From: Euglena gracilis
Lineage: Eukaryota
Assembly (NCBI GenBank): GCA_039621445.1
Contig: CP154954.1
Location: 23,448,954 to 23,512,953 of the forward strand
DNA: 64,000 nt
Direction of reading: 5' to 3'
Shown here: positions 11,501 to 24,500 of the stretch, one piece after another
Position numbering within the stretch: the stretch's first letter is position 1
Layout: each line of letters begins with the position of its first letter
The notes under the pieces: model-generated
What the model was told of the DNA's origin: nothing
Seen by the model: only the letters and a program-made list of their open reading frames with translations
Databases searched by the model: none
Translations under genes and position numbers: made by a program

Positions 11501-14500
11501 TTTTAAATGGATAACCGCCTACATCGTCTCTTAATTCGAGTTTTTTTTTTCTGCAGAAAAAAAATGGCAGAAAATGAACAAAATCTGGGTAAAATGAAGC
11601 GAAATTGTGTTGGAAAATTTATGAGTTTCTTGGTTGAAAGCAGTTTGGCTTTTCAGCCCAAATAGAACCTCCCAAACACCCCCCCCCCCGAAAACCTTGA
11701 AAAATCTAAATACAAAAATGGGTTGGGCCATATTTTTGAGGGAGAATTAATGGAAAATGATGAAAACTAATCACATGTTCATAAAACCATTTTGGGGTAT
11801 GCTTCTTGGCAAAATAAATGTCATTTAGCACGATACTTGTTCTCAAATGAGCTTCGGCGACAGCGAGCCTAACCACCAACAACCCCCTTGGGCGATTGGG
11901 AAGGGATATGTACCGGGAGCCCTTGGGCAGTTCCATGTGCCTTGGCCCACGCCCCAAGGATCATCTCACCAAAAGCCATGAGCACCGTCCTGCAAGGCAA
12001 CGAGGCTTATGAGCGGAGCCCAAGTTGCTGCCTTTGCTTTTTTACATCGTCAGCACAAGAAAAGCACCCAATAAGAACACAGTAATCCAGTAACCCAGTA
12101 AGAAAACTATCATCACTAATGATGACATCTTTAGCAAGCTTTTTTGGCGGTCGACAAATATGCAAAAAATGACAAATCTATTAGTTGGCTGACGTGACTC
12201 ACACATGAAACGTGAAATTGCATCACGTGTTTATCTGCACATATGGATGCATGAAGAGGTGTATGTCTGTGATATTTATGCGTATACCGGCGTATGTTTG
12301 CCATCAACAGGAGAGAGGCAAGAAACAGACCGCGCATCACAGTGGGAGTGCGGTGGCAGGAGGTAGAGGGGCAGGCGAAGCACCACCATGCGCGGGACTT
12401 CAGCTGCATCCATCCATGTGGCAGACTGCTGGATCTGGAAGAAAAGAGACGTGCATTGTGTTCTGACTCCAGCCACGTTGCAGGGCGGACAGCCTAACTT
12501 GGACCCCACAAATGCGCAGCAACTAGACGGTTTTGAATACGTCAACACCAGGCACATTCCGTCACTTCCCATTCTGGTGCTCCAATCGATCCTGGTCAGC
12601 CCGGGCAGCAATTAATTGGCGGTAGGACAAAAAAAGTACATATGGTAATAATATATCACGACCATGCAACGCAATTGAAAATATTCTTTTGAAGCAGCAA
12701 AATGTGGCTGGCAGTGGCCAAAAGTGGCCAAAAGCAGTCAAAAGCCGTAAAAAGTGACCAAATGTGGCCAAAGTGGCTTACAATGGACAAGAGTGGGCAG
12801 AAATACCGAAAAACAGCCAAAAAAACAGCCAAAATTGGAAAACCATCGACAGCTGGCAAAAGTGGCCTAAAAGCAGCCGAATGTGGCCAAAATTGGCCAA
12901 AAAATGATCAAATGTGGTGAAAAATGGGCAAAAGTGGCCAAAAGCAGTCAAAAGCAGTAAAAAGTGGCCAAAAAGTGGGAAAAAATGGAAGCAGCAAAAA
13001 GGTGGCAAATTTTGGCCACCTTTGCCCACATTCGGCCATTTGCAAGCAACTTTTAGTTGGTTTAGTTAATTACCTTTGGTCATAAACGACGAAATGGTCG
13101 ACTGCATTTGGCACGGTTGCCCACTTTTTGTCCACTTTTGCCCACTTTTCCACACCGTTTCCCCGCCATTTTTGCCGCTTCTGGCAACTTTCGGCCACGT
13201 TTGGCCACTTTTAAATCACTTTTGGCACTGGACACTTTTTCTGTTTGATAACTTTTGGCAACTGTTGGCCACTTTTGGTCACGATTTGCTGCTTTTGACT
13301 ACCCCCCCCCCCCCAAATAACCCGGTGGGGCCTTGCTCCTGGCAGTGGCCGAATAGCTTGGCGGGGGGAGGGGCAAAAAAGATGGTTCCGATAACTTGGC
13401 ACCCCCCTTTTTAGGTAAAATTCCTTTAAGCCGCTGAAAAAAGGGCCCAAGTAACCTGGCAGGGGGGCAGGGCCAAAATGGTTCCAGTGACCTGGCACCC
13501 CGCCAGGTCATTTGTCAGGTTATTTGGGGGGGGTTGCTTTTGGCCACTCATTTTGGCTGCTGATTTACTGCTTGCGATCTCAAAAACAGCAAAACATGCT
13601 CCAAAGTGGCCCCAAAAATGACCAAAAATGGTCAAAATGGCCAAAAGTGGGTAAAATGACCAAAAGCATGGAAAAAAAGTGGCATAAACTGGCCAAAAAC
13701 GGACAAAAAGTGGAAAAAAAGTGAAATGTGCCAGAGGATCTGGGTTGGACTGCCATGTTTCTCGAATATTGCCTCTTCTGGGTAGACTCCAAATTTCAGC
13801 TTTTGGAGGCAGCCGACGACGTCAAATAATCAGCGAAACACATAATCGGCCCTCATCGGCCCTGGTCAGCCCGGTTGGAACCCCATCTACGGGGGTCCTG
13901 AAAATAACAGTCGGCCCTCGTCGGCCATGTCGGCTGTTGGTGCCTGCCCAACACCTAGGTTCGAGGTCCAGACACACCTGTGTGGTCGGACCTGTCACCA
14001 CCGCCAGCAAGCCAATGGGCAACTTCCTCTCCTCCTTCTCAGGCTCTACAGGCTCAGGGTCTGGCTCGAGACTTGTTTTCTTGCTGCACATAAACAAACG
14101 ATAATAGAACAATATCAAACAATGATGGCATGAATTTTAAATTTTACATGCACACACGCATGCATGCATGCACACATGCATGCATGCGTGCATACATACA
14201 TGCATGCACTCCCTCCCCCCCCCCCCTGGGCGCTTGGCCCGGGCCATGATTGAAAGTAAGCCCCAGGGGCCAACCTTAGGGGGCCAAGTTTGCATGTTAA
14301 GAGCGTGAAGGGGCCAACGACACCAACATCGGAGCCCCCCGACTGGAAAAAAATTTCCTCCGGCGCTGCGCGCTAAGGTGGACGTTTTTAAAAATGGCCA
14401 AAAATGGACATTTTGGGCCATTTTGGGGGGTCCAAAAATTTAGCGCTTCGCGCCGGTCACTAACTAGCCCTGCCAGCAGACCCCCCCCCCCCCGGGGTCT

Positions 14501-17500
14501 AGAATTCCCACTAGCCAAATTTGGACTAGCTGCAGTCCAGGGTCCAGCCCCCCCCCCCCCGGAGGGGGGTGCTGCGAACCCTTAAGCAAAAGCCTGCCCC
14601 CCACATAATGCAACGACCCCCAATTTTTATTTGCAAAAAGCCGGCCACCGAAGGCGACCGAAAGGTTTCTTTCGGATTGGGAAGACTTTTTTCTGTCGAA
14701 TCTTGGACTCCCGGCCGCCATCAGTCTTGGAGATCAGGCAGTATTGGTCATTTTGGACCCCCCCTGTGGTGAGGCCCACCATTTGGAACTTCACTGGGGG
14801 TTCCTGGACACCTTCCCTCCCTCACACAAACCAATGGTGAACTTCACCGGTGAAGCTCACCACAAGCATCACAAACATCGAAACTATCTTGAGAAAACTT
14901 ACATTATTTCCGTAAGTGTCCGTCTGACAAAATGTCCGAAACGATGCCCGAAACGATGTTTTTTGGCCTCCCGGACCCGGAAAAACTGTTTTTTGAGCGG
15001 TCGAGAAACGCTCATTTTTGGTTCAAAGACAGGTTTTCTGGGTCCGGGAGGCCAAAAAAACATCGTTTCGGGCAATTTTTTTTCCGATTGTTATCGACTT
15101 TTTTGACCCGGTTTTGACCCAAACTCCATGGGTTTCGGGTAAAAAATGGGGTGCAGGGGGTCGAAAAACACTCATTTTCACGCCACCCCGTTTTCGGCCC
15201 AAAACCCATGGATTTTGGGTTTTTGTAATTTTTATGTCAAAAAATCCAAGAAACATCGAAAAAAATTGCCTGAGATGGTAACTTACAGTAATTTATTAAA
15301 TTTATGCAAATTATGTAATTTCTTCTGGCTTTTTTGACCAAAAACGTTTCGGGCCAAAACGGGGCTCTGGCGGGTCAAAAAAACGCTCATTTTCAGGTCA
15401 AAAACCGTTTACAGGTGAATTTTATAAATCATAAATTATGCAAAATTGGCAATGGTAATCTTTTCGGCCGTCCTTTGTGTGCAAGTCCCATTAACCCCCC
15501 CACAAAAATAAGACCCGGGTCTTATTTTTGGGTCCGTTGCTGGAAGCCTCCAGGGGGGGGGGTCTTATTTTGGGGGGGGTCTTATTTTTGGATTTTTTCT
15601 TGACCGACCCAGGCCCGAAAAAACATCATTTTTCCGGTTCCCAAGAGCACTGAAATTTTTCCTTCGGCGCTTCACGCCATGTTAAAATTGACGTAAATTA
15701 ACATTTACCATGTTTTTTGAACTTCAAAAATCTGAGAAATTTTGAAACTTCATCATTTTTGTGTATGAAATTGGGGTTTTTGGTAATTTTTCAGGGAAAA
15801 ATTTCACCGCCTCCGGCGCTTCGCACCGTCAAGGGGGGTCTTACTTATGGGGGGATCTTATTTTTGGATTTTTGCTTGATCGGCCCAGGGGGGGTCTTAT
15901 TTTGGGGGGGGGTCTTATTTTTTGGGGGGGTCTTATTTTTGTGGGGGTTTTAAGAGCTCAGCACTATTCAAAACGTGGGTTATAAGTCAAGGAATTGTTG
16001 GTAAAAATCCGACCCTCCAAAATGACCCCGAAACCCCCCAACTTGACAATTTTTGGAAAATTTGGTAAAAAAGGGCATTTTTCATGATGGTCGGTCTCAA
16101 AAAGTTGCCAAAAAATCAGTATTTGTGTGGTTTGAAGCCGAAAAAGTCGTCCCCGGCGGCTTTCATCTTTCTGTGGAAAGAAATTTTACTGAAGGCCAGG
16201 ATTGCAAGTTTACAGAAAAGGCCAACTTTAGGGGACCAAATTTGCATATTAAGAAGTGGGGGGGCCAAGCGCCCGGGGAGGGGCAAGCGCCCGGGGGGGG
16301 GGGAGGTACATACATATATGTACACAGACATTCATGCATGCATGTTATTTCATGTGCCTTTGCAATAAATCATGAGGACCACGTGGATGGAAATGGGAAA
16401 GAAAATAGCCCATGCTTTCAAGTGAGCTCAGAAACGGACAAAATGAAAGTGGGGGAGGGGAAAGCAAAACCACGCAGGGGAGTAAAGAGAACCTGTTGGC
16501 AAGCTGGGTGCCAGTGCCATAGGGGTACAAGAGAGTGGAGGCGGCGAAGCTGACTTTGTCCTCCGGCACTGCCAACTGCTCGTTGTGGGCAATGACGCTC
16601 TGCGAAGAACGTGTGCATCTCTCCTTGCACTCCAGATTCGTCTATGGCGCCCCTGCAGCCACCCTACAGCTCTGCGTTCTTGGTTGCCTCGAACAGCCCG
16701 CAACGTGGCTGTGATTGGTCAAATCTCAGTACCAGCACCCCCTTAGCGCCGTCATTGGTGTCATGCATGACGCGGATGACCCACCTGGACGTAAGAGATC
16801 TCCTGCTCCAGCTCGTCGATGTATGCGGTGGCAAGGTTTGCTGCCCCGAGCCGACGGGCCCGCACCCGCCGTGTCAGGATGAGCTGGTGCCCGTACCGGA
16901 AGTAGGCCGCCAGCCCCCGGAGCTCCCCGTCGCAAATAAGGAACCTATGGCATGGTGAAGACTTAGGGCTTCAATCAACAGCCGATTTTCAAAAAATAGT
17001 GTTTGCATCCCTGATACAGGCAACGTGTATGCATATACATTTTATGTGGCATTGGGGATATACATGCCTGCCCCTGGGGGGCCCAGGCCTAACCGTCCTA
17101 ACCCCAATCCTACGCCTCCCCATAACCCCAGCACCCAGTTGCAGTTGGGGAGCAGAGGGTCCCCCAGGGGGGGACCTGCCAAACCTGTACACACACAGCA
17201 GCCTATTACTTGCGGGACCGCCCGGGGTCCCACAAATAAAACGTGAGGGCATTCATGGAACAGGGCCAGGGTCAGCTTTTTAAGCCTAAATTTAGGTAAA
17301 ACTATTTCTTCAGCCTGTCTTGACAACATTTGGGCTCAAGTTAGGCCAACCTGCAGGCCTGAATAAAAATCGGCCGCAATTCCGGCAAGGGGGTGGTGCC
17401 GCGGTCCTTCAAAAGGGCACGGGGCACTGATGAACGACCCAAATTTTGGACCCCAAACGACGGGACAGAAAAGGGGGCCACGCCTGATGGGGGTCTGGAT

Positions 17501-20500
17501 GGAGGCCACCGCGGGCTCCGCGCCGTGGGTGATGAGGAGCAGCGTGCCGTTGGAGCAGAGGAGGAGGTCCGAGTTGTAGGACTGCGGGATGCAGGGGTCC
17601 ATGGGGATGACGAGGAAGCGGTACGCCTCGTCCTTGCCCCCGGGAGGGCAGTAGATCTGTGGGGACCAAAACAGAATTGGGTGGTAGATATCTGGCTGTT
17701 GTGTTTTTCTGGGTTGGCACAAGAATGAGAAAATGTTAAAATGAAGAAAGCAACATGTGTTGTAATGAATAAAAATGCAAAATCAGCCTATGTTGGATGT
17801 GCACCGCAAGCATGCCGGTGCTGTTGGCATAAATGCGTGCGTCAGCGAGCGTGTGTGAGCGTGCGCACACTTGTGTGCACACGCCCCTTGTCCTTGTCGT
17901 CTATCCTGTAACCCCCCCCCCACCTACAAGAAACCCGTTTCTTACAGGTGGGTTTCCAAAAAATGGCCCGAGGGGTTTCTTATAGGTGGGATTTCTTATA
18001 GGTGGTTTCAATGTCCGAAAAAATTTTGAGCCAACAAAAGGCCAAAAGCGGCGCCGAAGAAAAATGGGGGGTTTCTTATAGGTGGTTGGGTTCAAAGCTC
18101 CCCAGAGGTTTCTTATAGGTGAGGGTATCTTACAGGTGGGCGTCGGTCCAAAAATCCCCAAAGGGTTTCTTATAGGTGGGAGTTTGTTATAGAGGGGGGT
18201 TTCTTCTAGGTGGGGGGGTTTACTGTACGTGCTAGGCGTTCAATTACACACACAAGCACATTTTTCTGCGTGAAAATTCTGAAAACGTCCAAAATGTCGA
18301 ACAAGTACGACACAATCTATGTCGTCCTTTTCTCCCCCATCGATCCATCCAATGATGATGGGGCTCTCAGTCACCCGGCGTTGCCGGCCGCCCAGGCATA
18401 CAGGGACCGGTGGCCCACCTGGTGGCCGGCCCCAGTCAACATGTCCACCATGCGGATGGAGTTCCGCAGCTTGGTGAGGAAGAACACGACCTCCTTCCGG
18501 CTCCCTGCCACCCCTCGGCTGTGCCGATATCCAGCACTCCATCAGGGTGGGGAGGGCAGGGATAAAGGGCCACGCTGGGCTCGTGATAAGGGGGGGGGAG
18601 GGCCCCCTTGCCTCGAGGACTTGTAAATTTTTCGTTCAAAATCCAGCCAAGGGTGAGGATGCCCGTGAAAATATTTTGTAAGATCCCTGAACTCTCTTTA
18701 GACACGATTCAAAAAAGCAGCAATTCTTTTACATTTTTCGTTGGGTAAATACCCGAAAATTTTTTAAATTAAAAATACACCCCAATACCTTTTTTTTTCC
18801 ATCATTTTCATCATAACTTTTATCCCATTGCATCGTGAAGTTCTGGGGAAAAAGTCAAAAATGCACAGACTAAAAAAAATGGATTCCTTTGCTATTTTTT
18901 TTTAAAAAATAAATCCAGAAAAATTAGCATTAAACAAAAATCTTTGTGTCCTTCATATTCTTGAAAAAAAAAACAGACAACATTAATCTGCAAAAATTTC
19001 TTTACAAAAATTGAAGAAATTTCTTTACAAAAAATCTTTCATTTGCTTTCTTTAAAAACCGAATGACACTTGGCATAGCCGTTTGATTTAAAATGAAGTT
19101 TCACACACATTTTAATAAATCTGGGAAAACTTTTAAAAACGTTTGATGTTTTCTTTCAATTTAACAACGAAGAGAAACAAATCAAATATTTCTGAAAATA
19201 ACAATTCATATTTTGAAAACCACCAAATCCTCTGCAATTATTTTGTCGTTTTATTATTATTATTATTTTTTGCAGAAATTCAAAAAAAACAAACTAAAAC
19301 GATTTCAAAAAACAGGAGAGATAACAGAAAAAGCAATTAAAAGAAGTTCTTAGGAAAAAGAACCAATGATGGAAAAAATATAAAAACAATTTTTTTGAAC
19401 TAAAACTACATAAGAATTTTGTGTTAAACAAAAATACTCCACGTTCAAAGAAAAACAGTTTCTTAAAACGAAACAAAACAAAAAACAACTAAGTATTTCG
19501 TTCAGATTTGTTCTTCAGAATGAGGGGGAAAACCCCTCTGGGATCTTTTGAACAATATTGAAAGCAAAATGAACCTTTAATATTATGCGCTCTGTGAAGA
19601 AAGACAAATATGCAAATTAGAACAAAAATGAAATATGCAAAAGATTGCAAAATCACCAAAATATCCAAAACACAAAAAAGGCTAAACAGTGAGCAAACCT
19701 GCAACATTTGAGGGATAATGCGACTATTTCCCATCTCGTGCGAAACTCCAGGGGTTTTCCCCACCATTTTGCCTTGCATTTTAGGAGGAGGGTGGTCCGC
19801 ACACCTCCCCCCATGGGTTTTCTCAAGAGCCCCTGGGGGGGGGGGGGGGGCTCTGCGGGCAGCTGGAATAAGTGCTGGTGGGAAAAAGGTGCTGGCTGGA
19901 CTCCCGGTCAGCACCAGTGGTCCAGCCGGCTGGCAGATGGATCGGCTAGAAACCCAAAAACAGGGAAAAAAGGCAAATCCAGCAGGGTTGGCGTGCACTT
20001 TCCAGCCAAAATTTGGAGGTGGAAAAAAAACCTCAAAAATGCAATTTGGGGCCGTTTTTGACCTCCTTTAAAAGCTTTGAAATTTTTTTTTGGTCCTGCC
20101 CGGCTTTGCCGGGCAGGACCAAACTTTATTTCAGCGGATCACCGGGGGGTCTGCAGCCCAGCTGGGAGCTGCTGGCTGGAAAAAAAAAGGTGCTGGCTGG
20201 CTGGACCCCCCCCCCGGTCCCCCTTCCACCTTCCCCTCCCCAGGAGGGGGGGTGGTTGGCCCCCTGCCACCTGCCTCAAATGCATGTCAGCGGTATCCAA
20301 TCCAATCAGGAAGATACTAAAGAAGAAAGGAAGATGGTTGAGATGCTCAAAGGAAAACAGCACACCACAAACGAGAATGCGTGTGAGGGTTGGCTTTGGT
20401 TCCGAACAAAGGGCTTTGATCCACACCTTGCCTACAAGTCACAGGTCCGGTACCATCCAAAAGGGTCAGCCGGGGGGCGGGCGAGGACACAGCGCACTGC

Positions 20501-21507
20501 AGGCAGCGGTCGTGGTCCTGCAGGGCGATCTCAAAGAAGGGCTCTGCCAAGCGGGGGAGCTTCATGTCGATCTGACAAAACGGGCCGGCGGAGATGCCTT
20601 TGTAGGCGTGGGTGCAAAGTCTGTATGCAAATCCGTGTACAGATGGTGCGGGCCAAAATAAACACACTTGTATGGAATAAATATGCAAAGATGAAAGCGG
20701 CAGCAGCAACAACAATAAGAAAATGAGAATAAAGATAATTAGAATCATCATCATCATCCTCTTCATACCCCAAATTGAACCCCCCGGGGTTCTACTACTA
20801 TTCGGTCACATGATGGAAAATCCTGGGGAGAGGGCTTCTATTTGGGTCCCTTTGTTTGACCTTAGCCAAAAGGCGACTGAGGCTGGTCCAGAGATCAAAC
20901 GGGGTGGAAAAGCAAAAAAAAAGTCGAAAAAGCGTGACTTTTAATGTTATGGGTCGATGGCCAATGGTCCAAAGATGCCAGCTATCAATTTCCATACTAC
21001 ATACTGCAAATTTCCCCCCATTTCGGCCAATATTTGATTGAATGTGCTGGACCGCACTGCAGAGGGGGGGTGTTATTTGGATTTTTGGCGGGAAACCCAA
21101 TTGCTGTTGTTGTTGTTGCTGTTGTTGTTGTTGTTGTTGTTGTTGTAGTTGTTGTTGTAGTTGTTGTTGTTGTTGGTTGGTTGGGGGGTTTTCTAATTGG
21201 AGGGGTTTTAATCATCATCATCATCACCACCACCACCACCATCATCATCATAATCCTAAAATCATAACCGTAGCGATGACGATGATGATCATGACGACGA
21301 AGATGACGACCATGATGATAAGAATGAGCAAACCTAACTACAACAACAATAACAACGGTGATGACCACCACCACCACCACAACCACCACCACCACCACCA
21401 CCACCACCACCACCACCACCACCACCACCACCACCACCACCACCAGCACCACCAGCACCACCACCAGCACCAGCACCACCACCACCAGCACCACCACCAG
21501 CACCACC

Positions 21508-21538
<31 letters not shown>

Positions 21539-24500
21539 CCACCACCACCACCACCACCACCACCACCACCACCACCACCACCACCACCACCACCACCACC
21601 ACCACCACCACCACCACCACCACCACCACCACCACCACCACCACCACCACCACCACCACCACCACCACCACCACCACCACCACCAAATTACACCTATTGA
21701 ATATATTCATAAATGGATTGTGAAAATTTGAAAATATATGCACACAAACATAACAATTATAATAATTCCAAAAATAAGCATGTGACATGAGTAGGAAAGG
21801 GGATTACCTTGGGCTCGTAGAGTAAACAATACCGTAAGAATGCCAGCCCAAGAAGAGAGAGTGGGTTCGCCAGAGCGATATCTGCAGGAGCAAAAGAAAA
21901 AGATGTGGCAATCGAGTTTTCGCTTGGCCCCATAACCTCCCAAAATATCTGAATATCAAAAATCTCAAAATATCTCTGAATATCAAAATATCAAAATATC
22001 TGACCTGCACACCGGTTGGCCGGCGGCCCAGGCGGTCACACAACAACGGGTTGGCCCCCATCTCCAGCAGGAGCATTAGCGTGCCCGCGGTCTGCCAAAG
22101 AAAAACGGACCGTGACCATGACCGGACCACTTTCTGTTGAGGATCTGGCATATTCGGCACATTTTGTTCTGAAGTTTTCCCAAATTTCGCAACAAAATCT
22201 CCTGAAACACATTCTTGTTCCTTGTGTGCCCAGAGAAAAAAGCATCAGAGCTTCATTTCAAACGAATTGACATTCTTCCGCTTTGTTTGGCACGCCTGTT
22301 TGAGAAACACAGGTCCCGTGCTGCCCAACGAAGAAGAGACAAAACGTGCAGCCAGTCGCTGTTGGAAACGGTACAACGCATGGCTAAGATCATTCAGGCG
22401 ACCCTGCCATTCTACCTTTTCTGAAGGCTCTGCAAATAGATGCATCAGTTGGGCCGCTCCAAGCCCTCCCCCCCCCTGGTGTTCACTGCACCGGCCCCAT
22501 CTGCCATTACACCTTTTAATGAAAAAAGAATGCCTCAAATCGGGAAAACAGGAAAAGGCGGCGGGTGGGGGGGACAGGATGGGGGTTGGACCCACAGGGT
22601 TTCCGGGCCTCCCGTGTGTCCTGGGGTCACGGCGGCCACGCCTTCTGGCTCTGGGCGCGGGGCCCCATCGTCACGTCCGCCCCGATGAGGTCGCCAACGT
22701 CGCACGCGAGGTGCAGCAGTGTGCGGCCGTCCGCGTCCGCCGCGTTGATGTCGATGCGGCCCGCCTCCACCGCGTCCAGGAACGCCCGGAACTGTAGGAA
22801 CTGGATGGGCTTGGCCTCTGTGGGTGGGTGGGTGGGTGGGTGGGTGGTGTGTCTGTGAATGTGAGTGCGACTTTGTGAGCGTGAGTGTGACTGGAAGTGT
22901 GTGAAAATGAACATGTAAATATGAGTGCCAGTGCATGAGTGTGAATGTGACTGTGGAGTGTGAATATGTGAGTGGAGGTGTGACTGAGCGAGTGAGTGTG
23001 GATGTGTGTGTGTGTGTGTGTGTGTGTGACTTTGGCGGACCTCGCACTTAACACGTAACCCCCCCCCCCAAATGTAAGAAACCCGTTTCTTATATTTGGG
23101 TGTCGGCCGATCGGCCCAAAGGGTTTCTTATATTTGGGGGTTTTTTATATTTGGGTGTCGAAGGCAGGCACCAAAGGTTTCTTATAAATGGAACTTTTTC
23201 TTCCTTCGGTTCCTTCATGTAATTAAGTACATGTGACCACGGCGTGCAGGATTTTCCTCATGTGTGATGGCTTCTGAGGCCCTGGAGCATGATTATGCTG
23301 AATCGGATCATTCCATCAGTCCAGAAGAAAGTGGTAGAGTGTTATTTTTGAATCTGGGAATGATGTCGGTGAAAGAAAGATTCACAATGGATGAGGGGTT
23401 TCTTATATATGGATTAGCGTCCAACAGCCTAGGGGTTTCTTATATTCGGGGGTTTCTTATATTTGGGTTTCGGCTGAAAATCGGCCAAAGGGTTTCTTAT
23501 AGCGAAGGGTTTCTTATATTTGAGGGGGGGGGGTTAGTTGGCTCGTTCCTTTGTGGTGCGCAAAGGCACATAGTTCCTGAAGTCCCAATAAACAGCACCC
23601 AGACCTGTAAAATATGGCCAGGATGTGATCTGGTGCCCTGACACCCAGACCAGGGGGAAATTCAAAGACTTTGAATGTTAGGGTGCCCAGAGCAGGTGCC
23701 CCCACAGTATACGGTTGACGAGGCAGCCGTTGGAGGATTCCCAAACACACCTGTTAGGCGTGCATGTGCCAGGGATGTTGCTGGAACGATCTTGGGCAGG
23801 TGAGATCAAGCCCAACACTATTCCATTCACTTTGAGCTTTGAAAATATTTGCAGTTTCATTGCGCAAATGCGCAGAAGAACCATTAGTCCAATTGCACAC
23901 AGAGACCACCTGTGTAACAGCAGCTACATTCCTTTATATCCCCCGACATTCCCTGACATTCCGGGACATTCAATTATATTTCCTTGTGTTCGCTGACATT
24001 TCCTTACATTCCTTTGCATTTCTAAGTTCCCTTGTGTTCCTTTATACTCCCTTCCATCCCCCTTGCATTCTTCCACATTGGAGCGGTCCTTTTGCACAAC
24101 TGCTCAAACAAGGTTGCCTGCAATTCTGGAAATGGTTCCTTGAGCAATTGTGCAAAAGAACACCCACACAATTGCGAAATTGGTCGATGCAGAAGACAGA
24201 TTTTGCTCCAATTGTAGAAATACTTGGACACGTTGGATTACTGAAAATTAAAAACAAATTTGAATTAATTAACTAAATAACCCCCCCAAAATAAGACTCC
24301 AGGTCCATTTCATGGGTCGGTTGCTGAAAAGCCCGAGGGGGGGGTCTTATTCATGGGGGGGGGTCCATTTTATGGATATTTTGCTGGAAAATTTTTGATT
24401 TTAGAAAATTATTGCGGGATGCCCCTTTGAGCACTTGATTGTGACGTCATTTTAAAGATATAGAAAAATATTTTTTATCTTTTCACCTTTCACCTCTTCT

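Noticed and set aside
20997-21788. Long poly-Val/His/Thr ORFs
   Set aside because: Products of (CAC)n/(GTT)n microsatellites inside an intron whose flanking exons join in phase without them.
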